From an uncultured candidate division Zixibacteria bacterium (GTDB lineage Bacteria; Zixibacteria; MSB-5A5; GN15; FEB-12), in contig OY760907.1 in the NCBI GenBank assembly GCA_963664195.1, positions 1,216,001-1,280,000 on the forward strand: 64,000 nt of DNA. The letters are read 5' to 3'. Of the stretch, positions 31,034 to 39,280 are shown one piece after another (the first letter of the stretch is position 1; every line of letters begins with the position of its first letter). The position numbers and the translations under genes are program-made. Below the pieces are notes generated by a model. That model was not told where the DNA came from. It made no database searches and saw only the letters and a list, made by a program, of their open reading frames with translations.

Positions 31034-32050
31034 CTAGGACATGGTTCTCGCTCTGGCAATTGCCTTTTTGTAATCCCGTTTTCTCTGTCTCAATGTCCGT
31101 TCTTTGATCCGTTGTCTTTCTTCGATTATCCTCACTGCCCGTCCCGTGTACACATCAGCCGGGGTCACATTCTCCAGCGATTCATGGTACCGTTCGTAAT
31201 TGTAGTTCTCCACAAACGCCTCGATCTCAGCCTTCAATTCATCCGGGCAGTAGTAGTTGTCCAACAGCAGGACGTTCTTCATCGAACGGTGATACCGCTC
31301 GATCTTGCCCTGCGTCATCGGATGATACGGCCGGCCGCGAGTGTGACTCAGGCCGTTGTCGGACAGATACTCTTTCAACTCGCCTGAGACGTAGCAGGGA
31401 CCGTTGTCTGAGAGCAGTCGCGGGCGATGCCTGACATACACGTGATCCACACTCGACCCGGCAATGGCCAGATCAAGCGTTTTAGTGACATCTTCAGCTG
31501 ACATCCCAGTGCAGAGCTTCCAGGCCAGGATGTAACGCGAGTAGTCATCCAGCACTGTCGACAGGTAGTACCAACCCCAGTGAATAACTTTTAGGTACGT
31601 GAAGTCGGTCTGCCAGAGCTGGTTGACCCGGGTGGTCGGCTGGTCGAACTTATCCTTGGCACTCAGCACCGTGTAGGCCGGACTGGTAATGAGATCGTTC
31701 GCTCTGAGGATGCGATAGACGCTCGATTCTGAGAGGTAATAGCCTTGTGTGTCAGTCAGATACCAGGCCAGCTGTCTCGGTGACTTGTCCAGATGCTCCA
31801 AGGCCGTTTCGACCACCTTCTGTTTCACATCCGGGGGGATCGCGTTCCAGAACCGGCGCCGACGTGGCGGCTTTGAGGCCAGGGTATCGTGCCCACCCTC
31901 GCGGTATCGACGGTACCAATCGTAAAACGTACTCCGGTTGATGTCCAACTCGGCCAGCGTGCGCTTGACACCGAGCCGGGAGTCCTCGACTGTCCGAATG
32001 ATCTCCATCTTTTCCGATTGACTGTGACGCATATACCGGCGACGCCTCAC
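31034..32050 (-). CDS. IS transposase OrfB (DDE integrase core)
   Basis: WQTDFT, LDDYSR, SDNGPCY and GKIERYHRSMK. Confidence 0.9.
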   Translation of the reverse strand: MRRRRYMRHSQSEKMEIIRTVEDSRLGVKRTLAELDINRSTFYDWYRRYREGGHDTLASKPPRRRRFWNAIPPDVKQKVVETALEHLDKSPRQLAWYLTDTQGYYLSESSVYRILRANDLITSPAYTVLSAKDKFDQPTTRVNQLWQTDFTYLKVIHWGWYYLSTVLDDYSRYILAWKLCTGMSAEDVTKTLDLAIAGSSVDHVYVRHRPRLLSDNGPCYVSGELKEYLSDNGLSHTRGRPYHPMTQGKIERYHRSMKNVLLLDNYYCPDELKAEIEAFVENYNYERYHESLENVTPADVYTGRAVRIIEERQRIKERTLRQRKRDYKKAIARARTMS

Positions 32051-32403
32051 TCCAAGCCAGCCATACTTTTTTTCAGAAGGCGGTTGTTCAGACTCAACTC
32101 AGCCACCGATTGCTTGAGCTGATCGTTCTCAGAGCGAAGGTCGCCCACCTCGGAACTGGTCGCCTCACGGGCAGTGTCACCCTGCAGGCGTTTCTTACCC
32201 GCTTCCAGGAAGTCCTTGCTCCAGCGGTAGTACAGATTACTGACGATCCCCTCCCGGCGGCACAGCTGGGCTATGCTGACTTCGCCCTTGAGGCCTTCCA
32301 GTACAATGCGAATCTTCTCTTCGGAGGAATACTTACGACGCGTATTACGGCGGATATCCCGTACGACCGACTCCGGACTCTGGTTCTGTTTGGCATTCAT
32401 CAA
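32047..32403 (-). CDS. IS transposase OrfA (HTH)
   Basis: RRKYSSEEKIRIVLEGL...LCRREGI...YYRWSK. Confidence 0.9.
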   Translation of the reverse strand: MMNAKQNQSPESVVRDIRRNTRRKYSSEEKIRIVLEGLKGEVSIAQLCRREGIVSNLYYRWSKDFLEAGKKRLQGDTAREATSSEVGDLRSENDQLKQSVAELSLNNRLLKKSMAGLE

Positions 32404-32486
32404 TGACTCTTTTCTGACAAGCCAAAGCTACAAAACCACGGCTTCACTTTCAACTCCCCTTGTCCGGATTACGCTGAAACGACACA

Positions 32487-32652
32487 GGAGTAGCCCCAGC
32501 AGTATTGCAACAAGGTGCTGACTCCACTTTTGGCTTGCAAACCACTGAAACCAGGATCCTCGGGAAATCACATTGATGTACTCGATGATGAGCATCATTA
32601 GGAAGACGAACCCGGTAATGGACAAGGCATCGTATATCAAATCTGCCATCAT
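32487..32652 (-). pseudogene. N-terminal fragment of a putative metal-transporter membrane protein truncated by the IS
   Basis: ALSITGFVFLMMLIIEYINV...LVAILLG, with a GATP-like motif in a shifted frame, ends at the IS inverted repeat. Confidence 0.5.
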
Positions 32653-32829
32653 AATTCCACCTGGGATCCAATTCTCTGATGCCTAGTCATCCGAGCCCAC
32701 ACTCAAACATCACAGGACGACATCCCCGCATACGCAGTAATGAGTGCGCATTGCAGAACAAGGCCGCTAAGTTGTGGCTTAACGGCTTTGCTCTGCTCAA
32801 TCCTGTCAGACACAATTGGCGGCTCACGA

Positions 32830-33021
32830 CTAGTCGTTGCGCGTAAACTGAAGATCTTTGCAACGCCAGCAGCCTTGCTCCTCGAAGGCTTTCTTGGGGT
32901 CAACTCCCTTGTCACAAAGCCACATGCAGCCGTCTTCGTCGAGCATTACCTGCATAGGACGGGCGCCGGGATGGTAGATACCATGACCCAATTCCGGTTT
33001 TTCTTGTTTCTTCTCAGTCAT
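32830..33021 (-). CDS. 63-aa hypothetical protein (GARPM/WLCDK/QGCWR motifs), paralog of 12381-12566
   Basis: Strong AAGGAGG RBS and conserved motifs shared with the first copy. Confidence 0.8.
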   Translation of the reverse strand: MTEKKQEKPELGHGIYHPGARPMQVMLDEDGCMWLCDKGVDPKKAFEEQGCWRCKDLQFTRND

Positions 33022-33080
33022 TTTTAATACCTCCTTAAGGCATCACAGTGATTTGAAGTGTTAGAGCATATCATGTTTTC

Positions 33081-33434
33081 CTAGTAGTTCCTGGGGCGCG
33101 GACCCGTCGCTTCGGATCCAGCCAGATCTATCATCAGTTGATTGTAGTCGCCGCGACTAGTTTCGACGAACACCCGCGTGTTGCCGACAACAACCACTGA
33201 GTATTTGCTGCCCCACACGGTCCAACCGACCAGCGAACCATACTCACGAGGCATCTGATCATTAAGAGAATCCAGAAACCCGCCGCTGGCCCGATTCTGT
33301 TGGGCACATAGTGCGGCGCTTTCCATCAAGTCCTCAGGGATCTCGCCAACCTTCCGAATTACCTTTCCGTCGTCGGAGAATTGTCCGGCAGCGACTACTC
33401 CTTCGATTTCCATCAAGCGATCGAGGCCTATCAT
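33081..33434 (-). CDS. DUF2173 family (roadblock-like) protein
   Basis: LDRLMEIEGVVAAGQFSDDG...GWTVWGSKYSVVVVGNTRVFVE; AAGGAG RBS. Confidence 0.7.
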   Translation of the reverse strand: MIGLDRLMEIEGVVAAGQFSDDGKVIRKVGEIPEDLMESAALCAQQNRASGGFLDSLNDQMPREYGSLVGWTVWGSKYSVVVVGNTRVFVETSRGDYNQLMIDLAGSEATGPRPRNY

Positions 33435-33476
33435 ACTTCGCTCCTTTCTTCAGTAATCTCTTCTGGTCTGGTCGAA

Positions 33477-33492
33477 TGCACATGACGTGCCA
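33477..33492 (-). promoter_or_regulatory. Sigma54 promoter for DUF2173 and the small protein
   Basis: Minus strand TGGCACGTCATGTGCA (GG-N10-GC), directly downstream of a sigma54 activator gene. Confidence 0.65.
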
Positions 33493-33673
33493 ATCGCACA
33501 CACAAACTCTGTGCGACTACCCATCTCATTCAGCAGCAGGTAGATACTCACAGAGTAATGCCGCGTGATCGCATATGGACGTCAGGAAGAAATCTTGAGA
33601 CCGTGCTGATACGCACGATAAAGAAGGAGAGAGCTCGCAGATTTGCACGGCACGTCCTGCCGAGGATTGTTCC

Positions 33674-35026
33674 TTATTCTCGATCTTTTGGCAGCTTCAG
33701 ACCAAGCTTCTTGATTTTTCTGTAGAGTGTAGAGGGGTTGATACCGATTTCAGCAGCCGCATCTTTTCTGGACCAATTGTTGCGCTTTAGTGCCCCAATC
33801 AGGAAAAGCGCCTCCATCTCGGCAAACGTACCTGCAATCTCAACTGCTGGCACCGATCTCTCACCCTGCAAGTATCTTGGGAGATGTTCAGGTCGGATTA
33901 TTCCACCACCACACAGTACCGATGCATGTTCGACGATGTTCTCAAGTTCGCGAACATTTCCGGGGAAGTCATGGTTTAGCAATAGGCCTAGAGCCGGGGG
34001 AGAGAATCCTGGTACGTTCTTCAGACGTAGACGGTTAAACCTATCGATAAAATGATCCACAAGCAGGGGGATATCTTTTCTCCTCTCTCTCAAGGATGGC
34101 AACCGAACGCGCATGACGTTGACGCGATAATACAGATCACTTCGGAAGCTGCCCGCTTCCACAAGGCTGTCCAATCCCTTGTTTGTCGCTGCAACTATCC
34201 GAGCGTCCGCCGGAATAGACGCGGTACCGCCCAGCGGTTCAAACATCTTCTCTTGAAGTACGCGCAGCAACTTGACCTGCATAGCCGGAGAGACGTCGCC
34301 AATCTCGTCAAGCAGCAGGGTTCCGCCTTTTGCCAATGCGAAACGCCCCGCCTTGTCTCTCTTGGCGTCTGTGAAAGCACCGGCGACGTAGCCAAAGAGC
34401 TCAGACTCAAGGAGGTTGTCAGGCAGCGCTCCACAGTTCAGGGCAACAAATGGGCCCTCTTTCCGGGGACTGAGGCTGTGTATCGCCCTGGCTACAAGTT
34501 CCTTTCCGGTTCCGCTTTCACCTTCGATGAGAACCGTGCTTTCGCTCTCAGCTACGGCTGGCAGAATGTCAAAGAGTTCCCGCATATTCTTGCTGCGGCT
34601 GATCATGTCCTCAAAGACAAACTTCGACTCATGTTCCTTGCGCAGTTGTCTGAGCAGGTCGAGATCGCGTAGAGTTTCTACACCTCCAATTACAGTTCCA
34701 CGAGCATCTTTCAACAGTGTTGCTGCAATGCCTACCGGGACACGCCTCCCATCTCTATGAGTAACACAAACCGGTCTATTGACAGGCGAGTTATTGTCGT
34801 TCATGACACGTTTGAGAGGGCAACTGTCATCGCACACGTTGGTGCGAAATATCTCCCAACAGTGTTTTCCCAGTGCTTCGTCCAGGGAATAACCGGTGAT
34901 GCGCTCGGCGGCACGATTCATAAACGTAATACGCCTGTCCAGATCTACCGCAAGCACCCCGTCGGACATGCTGTCGGCGACTGCGATAAGCATGTCACAA
35001 TGGCACTCATCCGGCTTGTGTTTCAT
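33674..35026 (-). CDS. PAS-domain sigma54-dependent transcriptional activator
   Basis: PAS domain with Cys motif CWEIFRTNVCDDSCP, GESGTGKE, GAFTDA and Fis HTH. Confidence 0.92.
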   Translation of the reverse strand: MKHKPDECHCDMLIAVADSMSDGVLAVDLDRRITFMNRAAERITGYSLDEALGKHCWEIFRTNVCDDSCPLKRVMNDNNSPVNRPVCVTHRDGRRVPVGIAATLLKDARGTVIGGVETLRDLDLLRQLRKEHESKFVFEDMISRSKNMRELFDILPAVAESESTVLIEGESGTGKELVARAIHSLSPRKEGPFVALNCGALPDNLLESELFGYVAGAFTDAKRDKAGRFALAKGGTLLLDEIGDVSPAMQVKLLRVLQEKMFEPLGGTASIPADARIVAATNKGLDSLVEAGSFRSDLYYRVNVMRVRLPSLRERRKDIPLLVDHFIDRFNRLRLKNVPGFSPPALGLLLNHDFPGNVRELENIVEHASVLCGGGIIRPEHLPRYLQGERSVPAVEIAGTFAEMEALFLIGALKRNNWSRKDAAAEIGINPSTLYRKIKKLGLKLPKDRE

Positions 35027-35054
35027 TTCCCAATACCTTTGGTAAGCCTATACC

Positions 35055-35544
35055 TCAGTCAGCAAGGGTAAGGTTCTGCGGCTCAATGTTCAGGCCAAGC
35101 TCCAGACCGCCAATAGTGGCAACAATCCCTGTTTCGTTCCAGTTGTGTGGTCCTTCGATCTTCACGTCCCTTATCTCCTTGACGCTCCTCAAGGCGGCTC
35201 TAATGTGGTCGTCCGAAACCACTCTGTCTTCCAGCATCGGACCTCTCTCGATCATGACTTCGCCGGTACTGGTATCTGCCTGTACTCTCAGGTCCAGACC
35301 GTACGTATGGGTGGAGTGCATCAGGGCAACTTCTGCTACCGATGCAAGGTGCAGATCTCGGACTATCTTCAGGGATCGATTGAAATTGTTCCTTTCCGAT
35401 CTCAGATGCGACCAGCTCAAGTGCGTCGTCAATAACCAATCTGTGGAGATTCAGAACTATGTCGAACAAGACAGGATCCCTGGTATCAACATCGTAGAGG
35501 AACTGCTCTAGCCTTAAATCCCTCTGCCAGTTTGGAAGCCGCAC
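35055..35544 (-). pseudogene. Possible frameshifted hypothetical gene
   Basis: Two overlapping ORFs (35200-35544 and 35055-35432), each protein-like over only part of its length, fill the gap between dsrE and the activator. Confidence 0.3.
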
Positions 35545-35593
35545 TCAGCAAACCTCGAAATGGCTATAGCGAACATATTTGTTCACCTTGCTT

Positions 35594-35968
35594 CTAATAA
35601 CTTAGCGTGGCACTTGCCTCAAGAAGTTCCATTACGACCCTGGCTGCCTTGATGGGCTGTGCGGTTTCAACCAGCATATCAGTGGATATCTGACGTTCCT
35701 GAATGCACGGACTGCAGACCAGAAGCGCTCCTCCCAGTTCTACGAAGGAATCAACAAGTTCCTTCAGGGGTGGAAGGCCAGCCGCAAACACGTGTTCATA
35801 ACAGCCCTTCTTAGCCAAGGTCACCGCGGTTCCTTGAAGGATCACCACTGCGTGAGTATCCATGGCTAGCGATGCGTTAGCCAAAATGAACGGCAGACAG
35901 GCCCTTTCAGGATCCTCACACCCGTGAGTGGCAATGATGACTATCTTCTCAGTGGTTTCTTCACCCAT
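35594..35968 (-). CDS. DsrE/DsrF-like family protein
   Basis: THGCEDPERACLPF...LLVCSPCIQER. Confidence 0.85.
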   Translation of the reverse strand: MGEETTEKIVIIATHGCEDPERACLPFILANASLAMDTHAVVILQGTAVTLAKKGCYEHVFAAGLPPLKELVDSFVELGGALLVCSPCIQERQISTDMLVETAQPIKAARVVMELLEASATLSY

Positions 35969-36992
35969 TAGTAACGACCTCGTTTTCTCGGTTTGTGCTA
36001 TGTTCGGCAGGTAGTGACCCTAATGCATCAGTATCACAAAATGCCCCTACAAGGTATTCAGAGATGTCCTTGACATCAGTGTTCATGCTTTTCGCCGCAT
36101 GCTTGAGATTCACTAAACAGATAGGACACATGGCTACAACATTGCCTCCGGTAGCTGCGAGTTGATCCATCCTTTTGCGGGCAATTGCCTGCGCTTTGCT
36201 AGGAAAGAACGACTCTATCGGTCCGCCGCAGCAATGCGTCAGCTTTCCGGCGTTTTCCGGTTCGTTGATGGTTGCTCCCGCTTTTGTGAGCAACTGTCGT
36301 GGTTTCATGACTACATCTTCGTAGCGAGCATACACGCAGGAATCATGAATCGTTACATCCAGATTCAACATCCTCGATGCATTGATATCGCTATTGGCCA
36401 ATACCTCCAGGTAGCTCTTTACCTCCAGGTCATAGTCTTTGCAGTATTCCGGGTAAACAGACCGAAGCATATTGGTTGTGTGTGGATCCACAGTGATAAC
36501 AGTCTTTACTCCGTTACGTTTGAAAACTTCGACCACTCGACGAGCGTGCTTCACGAAGGCGTCATCGACACCCTCGTCGTGGATCAGAGCCCCCGAGTAC
36601 ATCTCTTCTTCGTAGAGATACCCGAAACCAACCCCTGATGCCTGCAATAGCCGTGCGATGTTACGCAGGATATTGTTGTAGTGCTCTGTCTCTTGCGGAT
36701 CACTTCGAGCCATAAACCAGGCCAAGTTGACAATTCGGTTGGCGAACCTGCCCAAACCAAAGAACCTGGTTATCCAGGAGTTTTCAATCATCGCCATTTT
36801 TGCAGCCAAGGCAGAGATAGCAGGGATCAACTGATACATATGACCGGTGTAGATAACGGTCTTGCCACCCCTGGGTATATCCAATCCCTGTGTCCACTTG
36901 ACCGTGGCGCGAGGCGATAGCCGCAGCACACTACCGCGCTTCAGAAGATTGTCCACTAGTATTCCCAAGACGTGTTTGGTAGGAAGTGCCAT
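35961..36992 (-). CDS. CCG-domain Fe-S protein (HdrB/HdrD-like)
   Basis: HDSCVYAR, CCGGP and MCPIC; the first CCG domain is degenerate (TVDPHT). Confidence 0.8.
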   Translation of the reverse strand: MALPTKHVLGILVDNLLKRGSVLRLSPRATVKWTQGLDIPRGGKTVIYTGHMYQLIPAISALAAKMAMIENSWITRFFGLGRFANRIVNLAWFMARSDPQETEHYNNILRNIARLLQASGVGFGYLYEEEMYSGALIHDEGVDDAFVKHARRVVEVFKRNGVKTVITVDPHTTNMLRSVYPEYCKDYDLEVKSYLEVLANSDINASRMLNLDVTIHDSCVYARYEDVVMKPRQLLTKAGATINEPENAGKLTHCCGGPIESFFPSKAQAIARKRMDQLAATGGNVVAMCPICLVNLKHAAKSMNTDVKDISEYLVGAFCDTDALGSLPAEHSTNRENEVVTNG

Positions 36993-36995
36993 AAT

Positions 36996-37307
36996 CTAAT
37001 CCCTCGACAGTCCGAAAATGGTTCGATTGAAGTAGCCTCGCAAGATACGCACGTTTTCAGTGATCTTTACTCCAGCGGGACAGTTTTCCTCGCACATACG
37101 GCACATCAGGCAGGAAAATATCGTCTCCTGATTTTCTATAATCTTCTCTTCTACGCCAAGGACCGCATATCTAAACAGCTGCCTCGGCAGCAGGTCCAAC
37201 CCCACAGGGCAGACGGCCGTGCATACCCCACAATTCATGCAAGCAGCAGCATTAAACGACTTGGAAGAGCGCAATTCGTCAACGAACTTTGTATTTACAG
37301 CGGACAC
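36996..37307 (-). CDS. 2x[4Fe-4S] protein (HdrC-like)
   Basis: CMNCGVCTAVCP and CLMCRMCEENCP. Confidence 0.85.
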   Translation of the reverse strand: MSAVNTKFVDELRSSKSFNAAACMNCGVCTAVCPVGLDLLPRQLFRYAVLGVEEKIIENQETIFSCLMCRMCEENCPAGVKITENVRILRGYFNRTIFGLSRD

Positions 37308-37316
37308 AACTTCTCC

Positions 37317-37556
37317 TTACAAAACGGGCTGGTACCTGTAATATCCTTCACCATCTCGTTTGCCAACCTCTTCAATAGATCCATATCTCCACATCGCCAT
37401 CATCCAGAACATAGCATTGTTGGCTGAACACTCAAGTGCGTCAGCTACTTCCGGTACTGTTCTGGGGCTCTCATTCAGTAGAGAAAGGATTCTCTCTCTC
37501 ATTGCCATTTCATCCCTCATCGCCTCCGCAATATTCCGATCAACTAGATTGTTCAT
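37317..37556 (-). CDS. Small winged-HTH protein
   Basis: PRTVPEVADAL...GYYRY; coupled to hdrA. Confidence 0.65.
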   Translation of the reverse strand: MNNLVDRNIAEAMRDEMAMRERILSLLNESPRTVPEVADALECSANNAMFWMMAMWRYGSIEEVGKRDGEGYYRYQPVL

Positions 37557-39280
37557 CAGCCAACCTCTTTGATTAGGGAGTCAATAGTTGCAATTATCTG
37601 GGCATCTGTATACCCTTCCACGTCAATCGCGTCGTGTGGGCACATCGGCACACATGCTCCACCGCCTTTGCACAGAGCAGGAATAACCTGCGCCACCTCT
37701 TTGCCATCCTTGGATACTTTTTCAATGGCATCGTATGGACATGCCTTTGTGCATTCATCGCACCAGGAGCACTTATCAGCGTCGACATTTGCTATGAGCG
37801 GTTCAAGATCAACATAACCCTTCATCAACAGTGCTGCGCTCTTCGATACGGCGGCCAACGACGACGCCACACTTTCCGCAAGGGTCTTGGGACCCTGAGA
37901 TGCCCCGGCGATGAATACTCCGTCAATGACTGTTTCAACGGGCCTCAGCTTGGGGTGGATTTCATTGAAGAATCCGTCCATTCCGACAGGAAGCTTGAGT
38001 ATGTCGATGAGATTCTTGTTCTCTCGAGGCACCATACCTGTCACCAATACTACCAGATCAACATCAATGTCGAATTCTTCTCCTTGAGTTAGCTGATCGC
38101 GAACTGTGACGCGTAGTTTATCACCCATAAGCTTCACGGTGGGAGGATCATCGTCGGCGTACTTGAGAAAGGCGGAGCCACTATTGAGGGCATCGAGATA
38201 CAGCAGTTCGTACTTCCCATAAGTTCGCATATCACGATACAGATGAAATTGGTGCGCCGCTGTATCCTTCTTGTGAACGTCTAGTGACGTATGTACGGCC
38301 GCCGTGCAGCAGTACCGTGAGCAGTATAGATTTGGGTGCTCTTTATCCCTCGATTGCCTGCTACCTACACAGTAGACATAGGCGATGTCCGTGACTGCTC
38401 GTCCCCGGTATGTGATGGACCCGTTTGATTGATCCAGCTGTCGCCTAAACTCCGGGAGTGTTACTACACCATGCTGTCCGTAACCGAACTCGCCCTCGGA
38501 TGGTTGGTAGGAATCGAAGCCCGTTGCAACAATGATCGTTCCAATGTTTAGAGTGATAGTCTCCTGATTAGTAATCTGGATAACCACAGAAAAATCGCCT
38601 ACATTGCCACTCTTCTCTTTCAGTTCGGCGCTAGTAAAGATAGTGATATTGTCTTTGCTCCTCGCCTCTTCAAAAAGATCATTTACGAGAGCTGAACCGT
38701 TACGATCATTCGGAAACATACTGCCGAGCTTTCCTGTCCACCCACCGACTTCGGCCTCTCTTTCGATAACGAACACAGAAAAGCCCATATCAGAAAGGGA
38801 GAGTGCCGCACGCAACCCGGCTGCTCCGGCTCCGATGACGAGTACCTTTGGAATCGTTTCGATTCTCATTGTTGTCAACGGAGCTGTCAGAGCACATTTG
38901 GCAATGCCCGCTCTCACGAGTCGGATACCCTTTTCAGTTGCTCGGTCTATGTCGTGTTGATGAACCCAGGAATCCTGCTCCCTGAGATTTACTTGCACGT
39001 ACTGATACGGATTCAACCCGGCCCGCTCAGCCATCGCGCGAAAAGTGAAGAGGTGGAGTTTTGGCGAACATGACGCTATCACCACACCGTCAAGATTGTT
39101 TGTCTTGATGTCCTCTATCATCTCTTCCTGGGCGGCATCCGAACACGCAAACATAGTTGTCTTGCATACAACTACACCCTTGTCGCCGACTACACCCTCC
39201 CGAACCTTCTCTACATCCACATAGTCCGAAATGTTGCCACCGCAGTGGCAAATGTACACGCCGATTCTTCTATCCGTCAT
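37556..39280 (-). CDS. hdrA: Heterodisulfide reductase subunit A-like flavoprotein (N-terminal Cys cluster, FAD domain, C-terminal ferredoxin)
   Basis: IGVYICHCGGNI, SCSPKLH, NLREQ, GAGAAG, CVGSR, YCSRYCC and CSWCDECTKACP. Confidence 0.88.
   Translation of the reverse strand: MTDRRIGVYICHCGGNISDYVDVEKVREGVVGDKGVVVCKTTMFACSDAAQEEMIEDIKTNNLDGVVIASCSPKLHLFTFRAMAERAGLNPYQYVQVNLREQDSWVHQHDIDRATEKGIRLVRAGIAKCALTAPLTTMRIETIPKVLVIGAGAAGLRAALSLSDMGFSVFVIEREAEVGGWTGKLGSMFPNDRNGSALVNDLFEEARSKDNITIFTSAELKEKSGNVGDFSVVIQITNQETITLNIGTIIVATGFDSYQPSEGEFGYGQHGVVTLPEFRRQLDQSNGSITYRGRAVTDIAYVYCVGSRQSRDKEHPNLYCSRYCCTAAVHTSLDVHKKDTAAHQFHLYRDMRTYGKYELLYLDALNSGSAFLKYADDDPPTVKLMGDKLRVTVRDQLTQGEEFDIDVDLVVLVTGMVPRENKNLIDILKLPVGMDGFFNEIHPKLRPVETVIDGVFIAGASQGPKTLAESVASSLAAVSKSAALLMKGYVDLEPLIANVDADKCSWCDECTKACPYDAIEKVSKDGKEVAQVIPALCKGGGACVPMCPHDAIDVEGYTDAQIIATIDSLIKEVG

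Larger units (their letters stand above)
30995..32486 (-). mobile_element. IS3-family (IS3/IS481-like) insertion sequence
   Basis: Imperfect inverted repeats TGTACGTCTTCAGACAATTCGGGCAGGTAGAGTTGAAAG and TGTGTCGTTTCAGCGTAATCCGGACAAGGGGAGTTGAAAG flank orfA/orfB; A7G slippery site at 32066-32073; no target duplication seen. Confidence 0.88.
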
